Shown here piece by piece: positions 49,631 through 61,543 of a stretch of 64,000 bases of DNA. The translations under genes and the position numbers were made by a program. The notes beneath the pieces were generated by a model. The model was not told the DNA's origin, did no database searches, and worked only from the letters and a program-made list of their open reading frames with translations. This DNA is from Orbicella franksi (Eukaryota). The stretch is taken from positions 18,538,001-18,602,000 of the forward strand of contig OZ116703.1 of the NCBI GenBank assembly GCA_964199315.1. The letters are read 5' to 3'. Numbering within the stretch: position 1 is the first letter of the stretch; the number at the start of each line of letters is the position of its first letter.

Positions 49631-51246
49631 CAACTTTTCTGCAGTTATCCAGTTTCAACTGCCTTCGTCTGGCTGCAACATTTCCTTGAAAACAAATCGT
49701 TCTCAAAACTAAGCTTATCTCGGTATATTCTGAGTATTTATCAGTATTGGACGTGGGCAGATATATTGTGTATGCCATGGAGCGCTCGATTCTTTTGAAA
49801 AAGGGGGCGTGGGCGCTAAAACAAATCTGTTCGCTTGAACGACTGCAACCGGAGACCATAAAACAAAGTCGATTCTCTTTGTATAAGTCATCTAATCGCT
49901 CAATTCACAAGTTTCATCGGTCGTTAACTTGCACTCTCAATTTTTTTATTGCATGCGGATGTTTTGCCTTGTTGATTGCCACAGTAATTGCTTTTAAGAC
50001 ACTCAGAACGGATTGCATGCAGTTTTATGCGTCTAAATGCACTTAAGATCTACTTGAAACTAGAAGTACAATATTCCAGCACACAAATTTCCTTTTTCCA
50101 AGCTCCTTTTACTCCCATGATAAGTTATTCTTTGCACTTATTACCATGTTACCTCTTGAATCTGGTTATAAAAATTTGGCAGTGCAACGTTCTTAAGTTA
50201 ACGACTGTCTTTGCATTCGTTACTTGTCTTCGCTGGTATGGGATATGGGCAAGCCTAAATGCAATCTAGAGCTTAACAAGTCAATATTGGCGCGTTCAAT
50301 AACAATAACAGTTTCTTTGATCGCGTGATAAGTAATTCATCGGCTCAGTATAATCATGCTAAATGGACAGTATATGAACATCTGAGCTCCGCCCACCACT
50401 TAAAATCCACTTTGCTCCTCGCCCTCATGCAAATGACTTTTAACACATCATTATCGCATTTCGAGCTGGACGGAGTACCGTGGTATAAACTACAGTAGAC
50501 TGCTGTTCACGTGTTTCATTGCTGCTGATACATTTATTTCACTCATCATTCACAAAGTTGTGCGATACTGACAGCTCGCAGTACAAACCTACCTACATGT
50601 TATTAAGTGTTTTTGCCATCATTATCCTGCAAAATTGACAGGAGGACTATTCAAATTAGCAACAATTATTTTGTTCGCTTTGTGAAGAGCTTATTGCCTC
50701 CGGGAAAGAGCTAAAGTTTCAGTTTCTTTCAAGTGGTTTGTAAATTCTACTGAACTCATTTGCAGGGAAATGAGAGTTTTCCTGTACTTATGACGTTTTT
50801 CTACCGCCGCTATATAGCGATATACATTTCCAAAATCTTTTTTTAGAAAAATTATACCATTTTTTTGTTTTCGAGAGCAAATGTCAGTCTGCGAAGACAG
50901 GCAATACTAAGATGCCAGACATTCCTCTGAACAAAAAAAGTTGATCGATGGAAGCCTCGTGGCATTTGAATTACAAATACCTTAAATACTATGTCATTCT
51001 GATTACTTTTTGAATAAACTACTTTGAAAATTACTCTCACTATTGCATGGTAAACACCGGCCTCGAATCGGCACTGTAATGGGCCAGTCGCAACACCATT
51101 TTAAAATGCCTTTTTGCAAGATTCTGATGGTTCTTGCGTAACTATCTATTTTTAACGTCTTTAAAATATATTTACAAAATACGCTTTTATGTTATCTAGT
51201 GTTGATCATAAGCCATAGACCTGGGATATTTTTTCTTTTACTTTGC

Positions 51247-52475
51247 TCACGGAGTTTGCTTTTTCCTCTGGGCTGTTGTTTTTGTCCGTGCCTGCTCCTC
51301 ACGTTGTTTCCTCTCGCAGCAATCTTGAAAGCAACGCTTTTGCTCCGTGCCCTGAGACTCGCATAACTTCAGCCTCCAGCGAAATCCGTACGACATACGA
51401 AGCGAATTGGCAGCATCCATTCTGTCCGTTTGCCCATCGCTGGACTTAAGCGATAGCCGATGGCTTGCGGATGTGTGGTATTTTAATCCTTGCGACAGGG
51501 CTTCGATTTTGCACGTGTATACTGAAGCCGTGTAGGACAGACGAACGGCTTTTCTACCCAGTCTGCAGCATAAAGCGGTATGTTGACAGGCTACAGACGA
51601 CTGTTTATCTACCAGGAAAGAAGAGGAAGCAATATAAGGCAAATCTGTTGTAAACGCTAGTCGAAATATTCGTAACTGTTTTAAGTCCAAACGCTGATTT
51701 TTACAGTGCTAAAACCTTTCTCAATCGATTAGTTAGCCGTAAAAACTGTAAAATTACACTGTAAGAAAGCCAGCCAAAACATCAGGCATATGCATATCGA
51801 ACAATACTGAAGGAACTCGACGAATTTGATCAAATTGAGAACGGTACTTTAGAGTCATAAATCAAGGAAAACCACAAGCAAGAGATATTAATCTTAGTGC
51901 TACAGGATAAATTGTACACGTACGCCGCCTTCTCGGAATAAACTAATTTTCCGCCTTTCTTTGACTTCCTTTGAAATGGCGTTCGAACCACTTGCTACCA
52001 AACACACAATAAAACGAAACTTATAGTATATTTAGAGTATTGTGGGCATCTTGTGACTTGTCTGCCATACTTTGCAGTATTATATCGGAAGCGATAAGAA
52101 AACATTAAACAGTTGAACAATTCTCGTCTTAGCTAGCAGACATGACTTGTTTTCCTATAGCAATTTTCATCAGAATGGCTCTCAGTTTTTCTAACTACCT
52201 GGCACAACGCAGCAATATTAGCTATATATTACGCCATTACTTTGTTAGCTGCTGGAAAGGGTTGTGAATAATTCCTTTAATGACAAGACACGTTTGGACA
52301 CATGCACAAAGTGATCATGCACAGAACAGATGAAGGTCCTCGTACCTTGGTTCTGCCCTGTCGCCTCAGCAATTGCATTGCTGCTGCCGTTTTGCGTTGA
52401 AAAGTTCCCGTTGCCAGCCGAAGCGACCACAAGTAAACTTAGAAGTTCAATTACAAAAAGAGTGACTCGATCCAT
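51247..52475 (-). CDS. Secreted protein with stand-alone anaphylatoxin-like domain, gene B; 2 exons, 163 aa
   Basis: Exon 1 52475-52346 encodes signal peptide MDRVTLFVIELLSLLVVASA-GNGNFSTQ... Phase-1 intron (gtacga..cttcctggtag). Exon 2 51608-51247 encodes DKQSSVACQHTALCCRLGRKAV..TC..LKLCESQGTEQKRCFQDCCERKQRE... Total 492 nt, in frame. Confidence 0.8.
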
Positions 52476-53307
52476 GGCTGGTTCAGTTCACATCACTTAG
52501 TTGACTTAAAATTATGCAGCAAGTGCGGAATGGCACGCTCGCGCGCTCGTTCGGAATGGGTCAACTGCAAATGACTTTCCACTCAGTCTCCGCTGCTACA
52601 ATTGTAGTCTGTACATTAAACAGGGCCGTATGATATGATAACAGTTCTTTGGGTCACGTAGATTGATGACTGGGACAAAATATCTCCTTAGCCAGCACTG
52701 AGGGCGATTTGGATTAAGGATAGCTGCGACCTTTAAGATGTGTTTAGACGCTTCGGCGGTGAAAGTTTGATGTTATATTGCCGGACGGTACTGTGATGTT
52801 GACGAGTGGTTCTCGAGGACGATTTGTACGAAAGCCAAGTACGATACAGTTGCCAGTTGATCGTGCCAACTACGAGTCAAAAGTCCACCTTGATAATTTT
52901 ACGCTTTTCAGATGAGTTGAAACGTCTGCGCATTCGTTCTGTCTAGTCTGCTGCCAAAGAAGCGCTGTTGCATGACCCGACGTGACTGAATGACGAAAAT
53001 CCTTTGCTGGTCTCCAAGCGTTTGACCTCATCCGTACCCACTTTAACTGATGCGCAACTGCCACCTTAAACTAGAGATGGCAGAAACAAATCGTGGATGC
53101 GACGCAAGGCGAAAAATGCCTTTTATCTGAAAAATCAACATGGCCGAAGCGTTTCCAAACAAACCAAAATCTATGGTAACAGACCATTACTTAAACGCGA
53201 ATTACTTGATTCAGTCTTTTGTTTTGTCTTTCAGGTAATTTATATACCAAATTATCACAGCCAGTGAGCTGTGACTGTTGATCTGTCTAACCTGTCCAGC
53301 CATGCAA

Positions 53308-53705
53308 GGGGAGGGGGAGGGGGTATGGATATCTGTATGGTTTTTCAGTTTTTGAGCTGTTTTGGTCTGCAAAAGACCATAGATTTTGACCATTTTGGTC
53401 AGAAATAGGGTATGGTTTTTCACTCTAGCTTAGTATTTGGTAGTTTGTCAACAAAAACAAATTTGTAGCCCTTTTCAAATGTTCACGCTTATGGAAACCA
53501 TTTCTGGTTAGCTGTGGGTCATAAATTGGAGTCGTGTAACAATTTTAGATGTCTGAAATGGGGTATCGATTTTTGGCTCAGGTCTGAAATAACTATGAAC
53601 AATCACAGATTTGGGTCTGAAATAGGGTAAGGGTTTTCAAGGTTCGGGTTTCACACCACCACTAAAAACGTTGAGGAATACCCCCTCTTCCCCTCCCCCC
53701 CCCCC
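53308..53705. mobile_element. G/C-ended MITE related to the 1611 and 43557 elements
   Basis: G-run left end with gggtatggttttt, repeated ggtctgaaatagggta motifs, right end ggaatacccc plus C-run. Confidence 0.55.
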
Positions 53706-55177
53706 ACCCCCCAACACACACACACGAGCGACCTGTCTAGTCTTGTCAGTGCCATCCCATTGCTAAAGTTACTCTGCACGGGCTGAGAAGACGTAAGTCG
53801 AAATGTAAAATCAATAGGTTGTATCTGTTTTGTTTGTAAGCCGATCCTGGAATAAATGTATGAAATTTTGTTTAATTTTTGACAATACAAGTGCTAACCA
53901 AACAGTGACACAAAGGTCACCGTTAGTCGGCAGTTTATTGTCTTGCACTGTTAATAGAAGCTAATAGAGACAAAAGAGTGTATTGTACAGAAAAGCAATT
54001 AAGCCGCTCTAAAACAAAAGACTTATCCCTTTTCTCCCGTGCGGTTATCTGAGTTATCAAATGCGTCGCCGATACATTCAAATGATGATACTAATAAGAC
54101 CATCCGTTGTCTTACAGCCTGATTGCCGCAGTACTAATCTGTATGGAATTATAATTTACAACCTCCTCGAGCATTTTCATTCATTATGCTAAAATGTTAA
54201 AATCTCTTTACTAACAGGTCAGTAGAAATCCAATGATGTGATTGTTTGAAGAGAGTTAAACAGCGCAGCGAGAGTCATCTAATGTAATTCGTTTTTGCTG
54301 TACTCTGAAGATGTCGCCATTACCAAACAATCATACAAGGGCTTTCTACTATTCAGGTCCTCTGTTTGACTTTTAAAAATGAGTCTTACACAAGCTATTG
54401 TCCACCAAAAAAGAAAATCATGCACAACCCGAAAGTGGGAAAAAAAATTTCGACCCCACCCCTCTTCAAAAAATAATTGTCCGTACCTAACTTTGGCCCA
54501 GACCATTATCACCAATAAGATTTCTGAAACACGACATTTTATATCATTAAAATACCTTGTACCTATGCAGTGTTGTCATTATAAGTATTTGGCTTGCGAG
54601 GGGATAGTATCTTTAAGTACCCTCTCGGTTGCGACTATTCGGTTCAAACACGGAAATACTTTTTCTTGTTACCAATGACATAAGATGGCCAATCAAAGAC
54701 TGAATGCTATGAATTTCTTGAGAATTGTTGCAGTAGTACTGTAGTGAGAATCTAGATACACATCAAGGGAGTATCATTTAGTTGATAATTCAATTTATTC
54801 TCGTTAAGCCTGCCTTTGGCTCTTGACAATGCAATATTATAACGGCGAAATTCAAAAATAGTCACTGTTGAGTTTTAGCGCTAAAATGATGTAAATATGA
54901 ATGCTATTATTACAGACGATTGGGAGAACGATCAATATGGCAGAAATAACCCATAAACACGCGGAATAAAGAGAGGAAAAATGCAATTAACGTCATATAT
55001 AATTAATAGGTTATTCTGCTTTGTACGGTTGCATGTTCGTGTAAACATGTTAGGAGAATATATTGGAACTTCATATTAGATACAGTATTTAAATGTTGCA
55101 AATTTCTGTTATAACGGTAGAGGAATTAGAGAAGCAGTATCTACAAGGCTTCAGTGTCTGCCGCAGGGATCTCAATC

Positions 55178-55490
55178 CTGGTCCTCACTAGCGACGCGAC
55201 CATAAGCATAAAAATAAGCATAAAAGAAGCTTATGCGCTAGTGAGAAAGGCCGGACATAACCATAAGCATAAGCATAAGCATAATCATAAGCATAAGAAT
55301 ATTGTGTCCAGTAAGGACATGTTGACATAAGCATAAACACAAGCATAAGCGTAAGACTATCAGCCAATCAGCGAGCACTTTATGCTTGTGTCAACATGTC
55401 CTCACTGAACATAAGCATAAGCATAAGCATAAGCATAAGAAGAAAGCTTATGCTCATGCTTATGTCACGGCTGCCCACACTAACGCGTAA
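55178..55490. mobile_element. CATAAG-rich MITE (family copy 2)
   Basis: cctggtcctcactagcgacgcg.. followed by (CATAAG)n arrays. Homologous to 8633-8930. Confidence 0.6.
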
Positions 55491-56764
55491 GCTTAGTTTA
55501 GCACGATTGTGCATGACGTTTTGGGTGGAGACAGTCAAAGACCTGTGTGTTCGGGCATTTGTTTTAAATATTACTTTTGATGGTGATATGGAGACACTCT
55601 CCGGTAGTTTTTAGACTCATTTCCAATTGTATGAGTTTGCTTGGTGATTTATTGTTGTAATTTTAGTTTTTTCTACATTCAGATTAGAGATAAGATTTAA
55701 TTTATCGGTTGAAAGTTGAGTTGTTTGTCTGTTTTGATGATAAAGTATTCATTGGTCAATTGTTGCTTTGGGTCATAAGTTGGTCAAGACACCAGGTGGA
55801 ATTTAACTCCCTTTTTAGTTCGGATGATGAATTACTGATAGAGATGCAATCTGTCATTAAAATATTGACTAAGTTGTGTCTCAACTTAGAAGATTAGGTA
55901 CGACTGTTAGTATGGATAATGTATTGAAAACAATACTTCAGTGACAGTATTGTTCGAGACTTCGTCGTTTGTTTGACGGTTTGGAATGATCAGATAGAGG
56001 TCATTTGTCGTTCGCTTTCACGCGGTTTTTTGACACTTGTCACAGTATAGATGTCGACGCCATAATTTGCATCTTATTACTTAGCTCGAGTGTTTTCCTT
56101 ACCAACTTAGTGCCCTCAATACTGTTTTAGGTCTTTCGATCTGACTGATAATTTTGAACCGTACAATATCACTTACGCGTGTAACACCATGATACTCTAA
56201 AAATAATTTTTGACTCGCTTCTCGCTGTTATTCTCCCCGAAAAATTACCTTCACTCTTCTAGTCTATTGTTTAGTCAATAAATTATCAGAATTAAATCCT
56301 CTTTAGATCCATTTATTGACATACGGTAAGAATTAGTCTCTGATATGATTAATAGCCCTGACACCATGACTAATCGCTTCAAATACGCGAAAGCACGAAC
56401 GTTGACAGGATTTGTCAGGCTGAAGAACGATTTGTTCCAAAGCTGACCTGTCTTCATATATATCTGCTAAACATGGCTCAGTATGTTCCAGTATAGCGCA
56501 TTTTAATAAAACAAGCCTTGCCAAACGTCATGAGCTTGTGGTCAAACTTAAACAGGGATTAATTCTCTAATTTAATTAACACTATAAAACAGCAAAGTGT
56601 GAAATTATATCAAATTATTTTTTTTTTCATGTCACGCGATAGCAGAACGGATCATATAAAAAGGATTAATTATTTTAGTGCCGCGATTTTTTACCTCTTC
56701 CCTTTGGACAATACATGTGTAGTTTCGCTGACTAAAATAGTTCATAAAAAGACGTCTACATTCG

Positions 56765-56925
56765 TTACTGTAATACGGCCGTCTCGTTATTATGGCCACT
56801 TTATTCTTGCCCGAACAAAGGCTCAGTCATGTTCTTATTAAAGAACCCCTTTAATACGAGCATTCCGTTAATACGGCCAGATATTTTGGCTCGTTGGTGA
56901 CCAGATTAACGGGGTTCCACTGTAT
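56765..56925. mobile_element. 3' portion of a Tc1/mariner (pogo/Tigger-like) MITE
   Basis: Repeated taatacggcc motifs, ending GGGGTTCCACTG followed by TA. Confidence 0.5.
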
Positions 56926-58279
56926 TAGCAGCGGATCCAAGTTAAACACGACGGAAATACAATATTTGCCAATGAAATCTTCTGAGAATGATCTGTTGAT
57001 CTTAGCTATCGCTTTCAGTGTTTTGATTTATCATGGTCACTCTACTAAAGTCCTAAACGGATTTCGGAATTTCCGACTTATAACCTTTTACTTCTTTGGT
57101 AAACATGAAAGCAAAATATACGTACCGAGAAGAGAAGTAAATACTCGATAGCACGCAATGTAGGTGTGTTGATTTTGTTGGATTTCATTCTAAATATATT
57201 TAAACCGGCCGCATGTAAGAGGTACATACATCCTTTCCAGTTTGATATTTTCAAATCCAAATTGGGTAACGAAAATTACCTTTTCCTTCTTCATCTTTTG
57301 TTATTTCAAATTAACGGAACATGTGCCTGATTAAAAGAAATGTAATAAGAATAACGGAACATTGCTTTGTATCTACCCCCTCTTCCCCCCACCCACCTCC
57401 CACCCCCAAAATCGGGAGCTTATTTGTTACCATTTGTTCTCCACCCAGGGATACTTGACCCCGTGGGGGGTCAAGTATCCCTGGGGCGGGGAGAAATGAC
57501 ATTTGGTAAAAGCACCTGGCGCTTAAGATAGGGTCGACTTTTCCTGTTGAAGATTCCAACCCATTTTCCTTTGATATTCCACAAATTATACTTCCATATT
57601 TCTATCATCCCTGACCATCTCTATTAATATCCTCTGAAATGCTCCGTTTTCCACAAACTCTGTCCTTCCACCTTGTTCCCTGTACTCCCATTCCAAGAGT
57701 ACAGAGCGTAATTTTTTATGAGCCCGTTTTGTAAAGGTAAAGTCCCTTGTTACCATGTTCCATGTCGTTTGCCTTCAAGCCAGAGAAGGGAAAGAGTCCC
57801 TAGTTGTCAGCCTGACAAATGGGAAATGGGGGACTGTGTTTTCCCCTTGTTCCTTCAAGTTAACTTTTCTTTTTTCAGTGCTTTGCAAATTAGCGTGTCC
57901 CAGTTCCTCTACTGTAAAGAACTATTTGCAAAGCCCTTGGTTACTTCCCAGTTCCTTGACAGTAATGATGCCCGCTTTTCAAGATTCCCGGGCCTGGGCC
58001 TTGACTACTCGATTCTGTTGTCACTTGTGACCTGTCTGTGCCTTTTGTGATGTATCTTCTGCTTTAGGTAAATAACAACTGGATGTATACATTGGAAAAA
58101 AATAAAAGATATGAAATTAATGCAACTTCTTCAAAGAATCCCTCAGTTATTAGGGGCCGGAACGGTGCTGGCCATGCAGCACAGACTTCCAAAGTCGACG
58201 GCGCAAGAGTCGAAAGCCTGGGTTTTTTTTTGTTTTTTTTTTTGCGCTTTCCTTCTAATTCCCAACAGTCCTTATACGC

Positions 58280-58411
58280 TAGCCTGTAAACAGGCTCCGG
58301 GTGGAATGGTCTGGCCGCGGCTGGAAGAGCCAAGAAGAGAACTCAGTGGCTCCTCTTTCTTTCCGCTTCGTCTTCGCCCGATCCTCAACTTGAGAGCCTG
58401 TTCACAAGCTA
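58280..58411. mobile_element. TAGCCT...AG(G/A)CTA-type MITE
   Basis: TIR tagcctgtaaacaggctc / gagcctgttcacaagcta. Confidence 0.7.
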
Positions 58412-60692
58412 TTGTGCACGGGCAAGCCCGGAATCAGGTAATGCATTAAATATGAAGTAAACAGAAAAAAATATAATCGATTTTGATAAACCCATGTGAG
58501 TGAATGTAAAACCGTACTGCGTTGTATTCATAGGCTCGGACATGTGAAAAGATCATGCCTCTCAATTGTCCGACAAGGATAAAAAGAAACACATTTTGGT
58601 AGAATTATTCATGATAAGCGAGAGTAAATAATGACAGACTTCTTATGATGGAAAGCGGATGAAAATTGTCCACCTTTATGGGTTGCAGATAATAGTGCTT
58701 TTGAAGTTAAAAATGGAAAGAAGCCCATTTATATTTACACGCAAGCATTTATAAATTATTTATCCCGAACATTAGTTGCAAATATATGATTTTGCTCTTT
58801 CAAATTACGGCCTGTATATAAAGCAATTGGTTTCTTGCATCCGGCCATTGGTTTTCATCAACTGGAGTAGAGTCTCTTTGTGGATTGTAAGTCGCCCTGG
58901 TGTATGGCATTTAGTCTTGATTGGTTCTTCGAATTTGAGTTTATTGTTACCGCGTTGTTTGATAGCGAAAAAGTTCACCCCCTATTGAGTTTTTATTCAC
59001 TGTATCACAAAACATACCCCTGGCGCTTGAATGAACCACGGGTTACTGTCGAAGAAAGCTTTGAATGCGGGGCAGAGCATTTCTTTTTTTTCTGTTTAGG
59101 CTTGCGTTAATTGTCTTCCTTGTCTTCTAGAAAACTTTATGATCTCACGACAATGGTCGAGTTCAAGTGTATCACGAATGCCGCGTATCCAGTGGAAAGA
59201 GATTTGTAAAAGATTCCTGTCGGATCTCCGCTACTAAATAATATTAGACTTTGCGGTAAGTACTCTTCTTGGCATAAAATTACTTCCCTACTGCTTCTGA
59301 CTGCTTTATAGTTACTTTGCCTTGATCACCACCTAAACTTCACTCATACCGAAAAACTTTCTCAAATCAATTATTTGTGGCGATTTTTGTGAGTTCAGAA
59401 CCATTAAATTTAAACTATTCTCCTCGGTCTAATTTTGGGCTTAAAAATGTGTATTTTATTTGTCACAATATGCTAATTAATCGTAACTAGATCGCGCAAT
59501 GTTTATTTTTCTTTCGTTCACATCAAACAAAACACAAAACATTCTATTTTTTTTCTTTCAAAGCTCTTGTAAAATCCTTATCAGCGTTCAACTTGATTTT
59601 TATCCTTGCAATATTTTTGCGTCCGTGTTAAACACCTGTCATCCATGGTAAAACCGCTGACCGTTGTCCTCAGGTGACCTCATGCAGTGAAACACGAAGT
59701 TGGTTTATTGTTTTAAAAGGTCGTACAAAGTCTGTACTAGTTTGGAGAGTTATTTATCATGTTTATAGTACCGTAGATTTCAAAAAATAATCAGAAATAT
59801 GTCACGTTTTTAGCCGATCATTTCTTTTCTTGTTTACACAAAAATATTGTACTTCAAAACGTAAAACGTATTTTCAGGCAAGGCGGCATCAACTTCCAGT
59901 AAGGTGGAAATATATTCAACCGCATCATTCTGAGATCCAAACGAGACTTCCTTATAGTGTTTGAAATCCAAGGGCTTTCTTATCTTTCCAGCGAAGAATT
60001 TTATGTTGATGTTCTTGTTTATCTTGGTTGTTATCCTGGATATACTTTTGTAACAGCAACAACAACAAGAATTTATTTCAGTATTCCCGTACGAGTACAT
60101 GGTATTGCCTAAAATATAATAAGACTAATGTAATGTAACTAAATTACAATAATTTAATAGATTAAGTAAGAGCAAGAGACCATAACTGGCACAGTAGCAT
60201 TCCATCTGTAATCCATGCACGAATGGATCTGGGCAGCTGTAAGTCTGCAGATAAAGGGATCAAAATTATTAAAAAGAAAAAGAATTTTTAATTTATCATT
60301 TAGAACATCAAAATGATGGTATTTTCTATTTGTGTCTTCGAAAAAAACTTCAATCGTAAGTTATCGTAAAGGTGCCAGGAAAGTATAAAATACAATTCAT
60401 GTACAAATTCATCCACGTGACAAAAGGGCCAAATTCTGAGATTTTGAGATTGTATGTCTGCCAATTTCAATATCCGAGACGAAATTTATTTATCGCTTTT
60501 TTGCAAGGGATCGTTATAAAAGTAACTGAGATACTACACGCACTCTCATTGGTCGATAGGTGTGTTTAGGTGAGAGTATGTGAACGCGGTTGTGTTGGTT
60601 GAGATTCGCGCGCATTTTTGACAAATATTTTATAAAAGCAATAGAGTACTTTTTCCGTGTTTACATATTACATAGCCTCGCTCCGGGGGTTG

Positions 60693-60855
60693 CAGTGGCG
60701 GATCCAGACCTTGAACTGAGCGGGGGGGGGGGGGGGAGGGAGGGGAGTTGGCAGTTTGTTTTTGCTTGCCCTACCGGCTTCTCTGCCTTCTGTGATTTTT
60801 TCTTTTTTTACCCAAAATAAGGGGGGCGCGGGCCCCTCCCTTAGATCCGCCACTG
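60693..60855. mobile_element. CAGTGGCGGATC MITE with 5-bp TSD, nested in another palindromic repeat
   Basis: TIR CAGTGGCGGATC / GATCCGCCACTG. TSD GGTTG at 60688-60692 and 60856-60860. Confidence 0.75.
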
Positions 60856-61345
60856 GGTTGGGGGAATTCTTGAAAGTTATGCAAACCCTCGAATGCGGTT
60901 TGCATAGCTAGCTGTCTCCAATTCTCCTACACTTCATTATGTGTTACATGAAGAACATGGCGACCATCAACCTATTTCCATAGAGGACAATGACAAGACC
61001 TTGTTATTTTTCGATCTGGAGGATAAGGCACTTATTTTAAACTTCATGTTTTTGCTTCTCACATTCCGTGTACTGCTGGCCGTTGGACCCTGGGAGAAAA
61101 GACCGGATGCACTTGATTCGTGAACGTGATCGAACTGGACAAAATGGGTTGGTTCGTCCCAATTTTCGCCTCATATTCCCTGCCTGACTTCTATCGAGAG
61201 AAAAACAGACTGCCAACAATCTACATATTTGGTGATTTCACATACTCTTTTCTAGAGTCCCTCTCTTTGGAACCTCTAGATGCCATATAAGTAGGTCAGC
61301 GCCACAGCAAGCAGGTTTACTGGAATAAGCAAAACAATAATTTCT

Positions 61346-61543
61346 AATAGGCCACGTTCGATACATGAATATTCTAAAATGGCTCCGAGGCTTTCAGTAC
61401 AAACTTCTCTATTTGGTGTTGCTTTCTCTGTATTCAAGTCTCTTTTGGGAATTGAGAGACAAAAGAAACTCAAAAAATTTGCGATTTTGACCCGAAAGCC
61501 TTGGAGCCATGTTAGAACATTGATATATCGAACGTGGCCTATT
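61346..61543. mobile_element. AATAGGCC...GGCCTATT MITE
   Basis: Perfect 18-bp TIR AATAGGCCACGTTCGATA / TATCGAACGTGGCCTATT, extending imperfectly inward (tggctccgaggctttc / gaaagccttggagcca). Confidence 0.8.

Noticed and set aside
55500-55920. Possible Penelope RT remnant (minus strand EYFIIKTDKQ)
   Set aside because: Single weak motif amid stops; insufficient support.
59834-60100. 88-aa minus-strand ORF with a CCCCC run
   Set aside because: The Cys run comes from a (TTG)n microsatellite, and the remainder could not be assigned to a family or linked to other exons.
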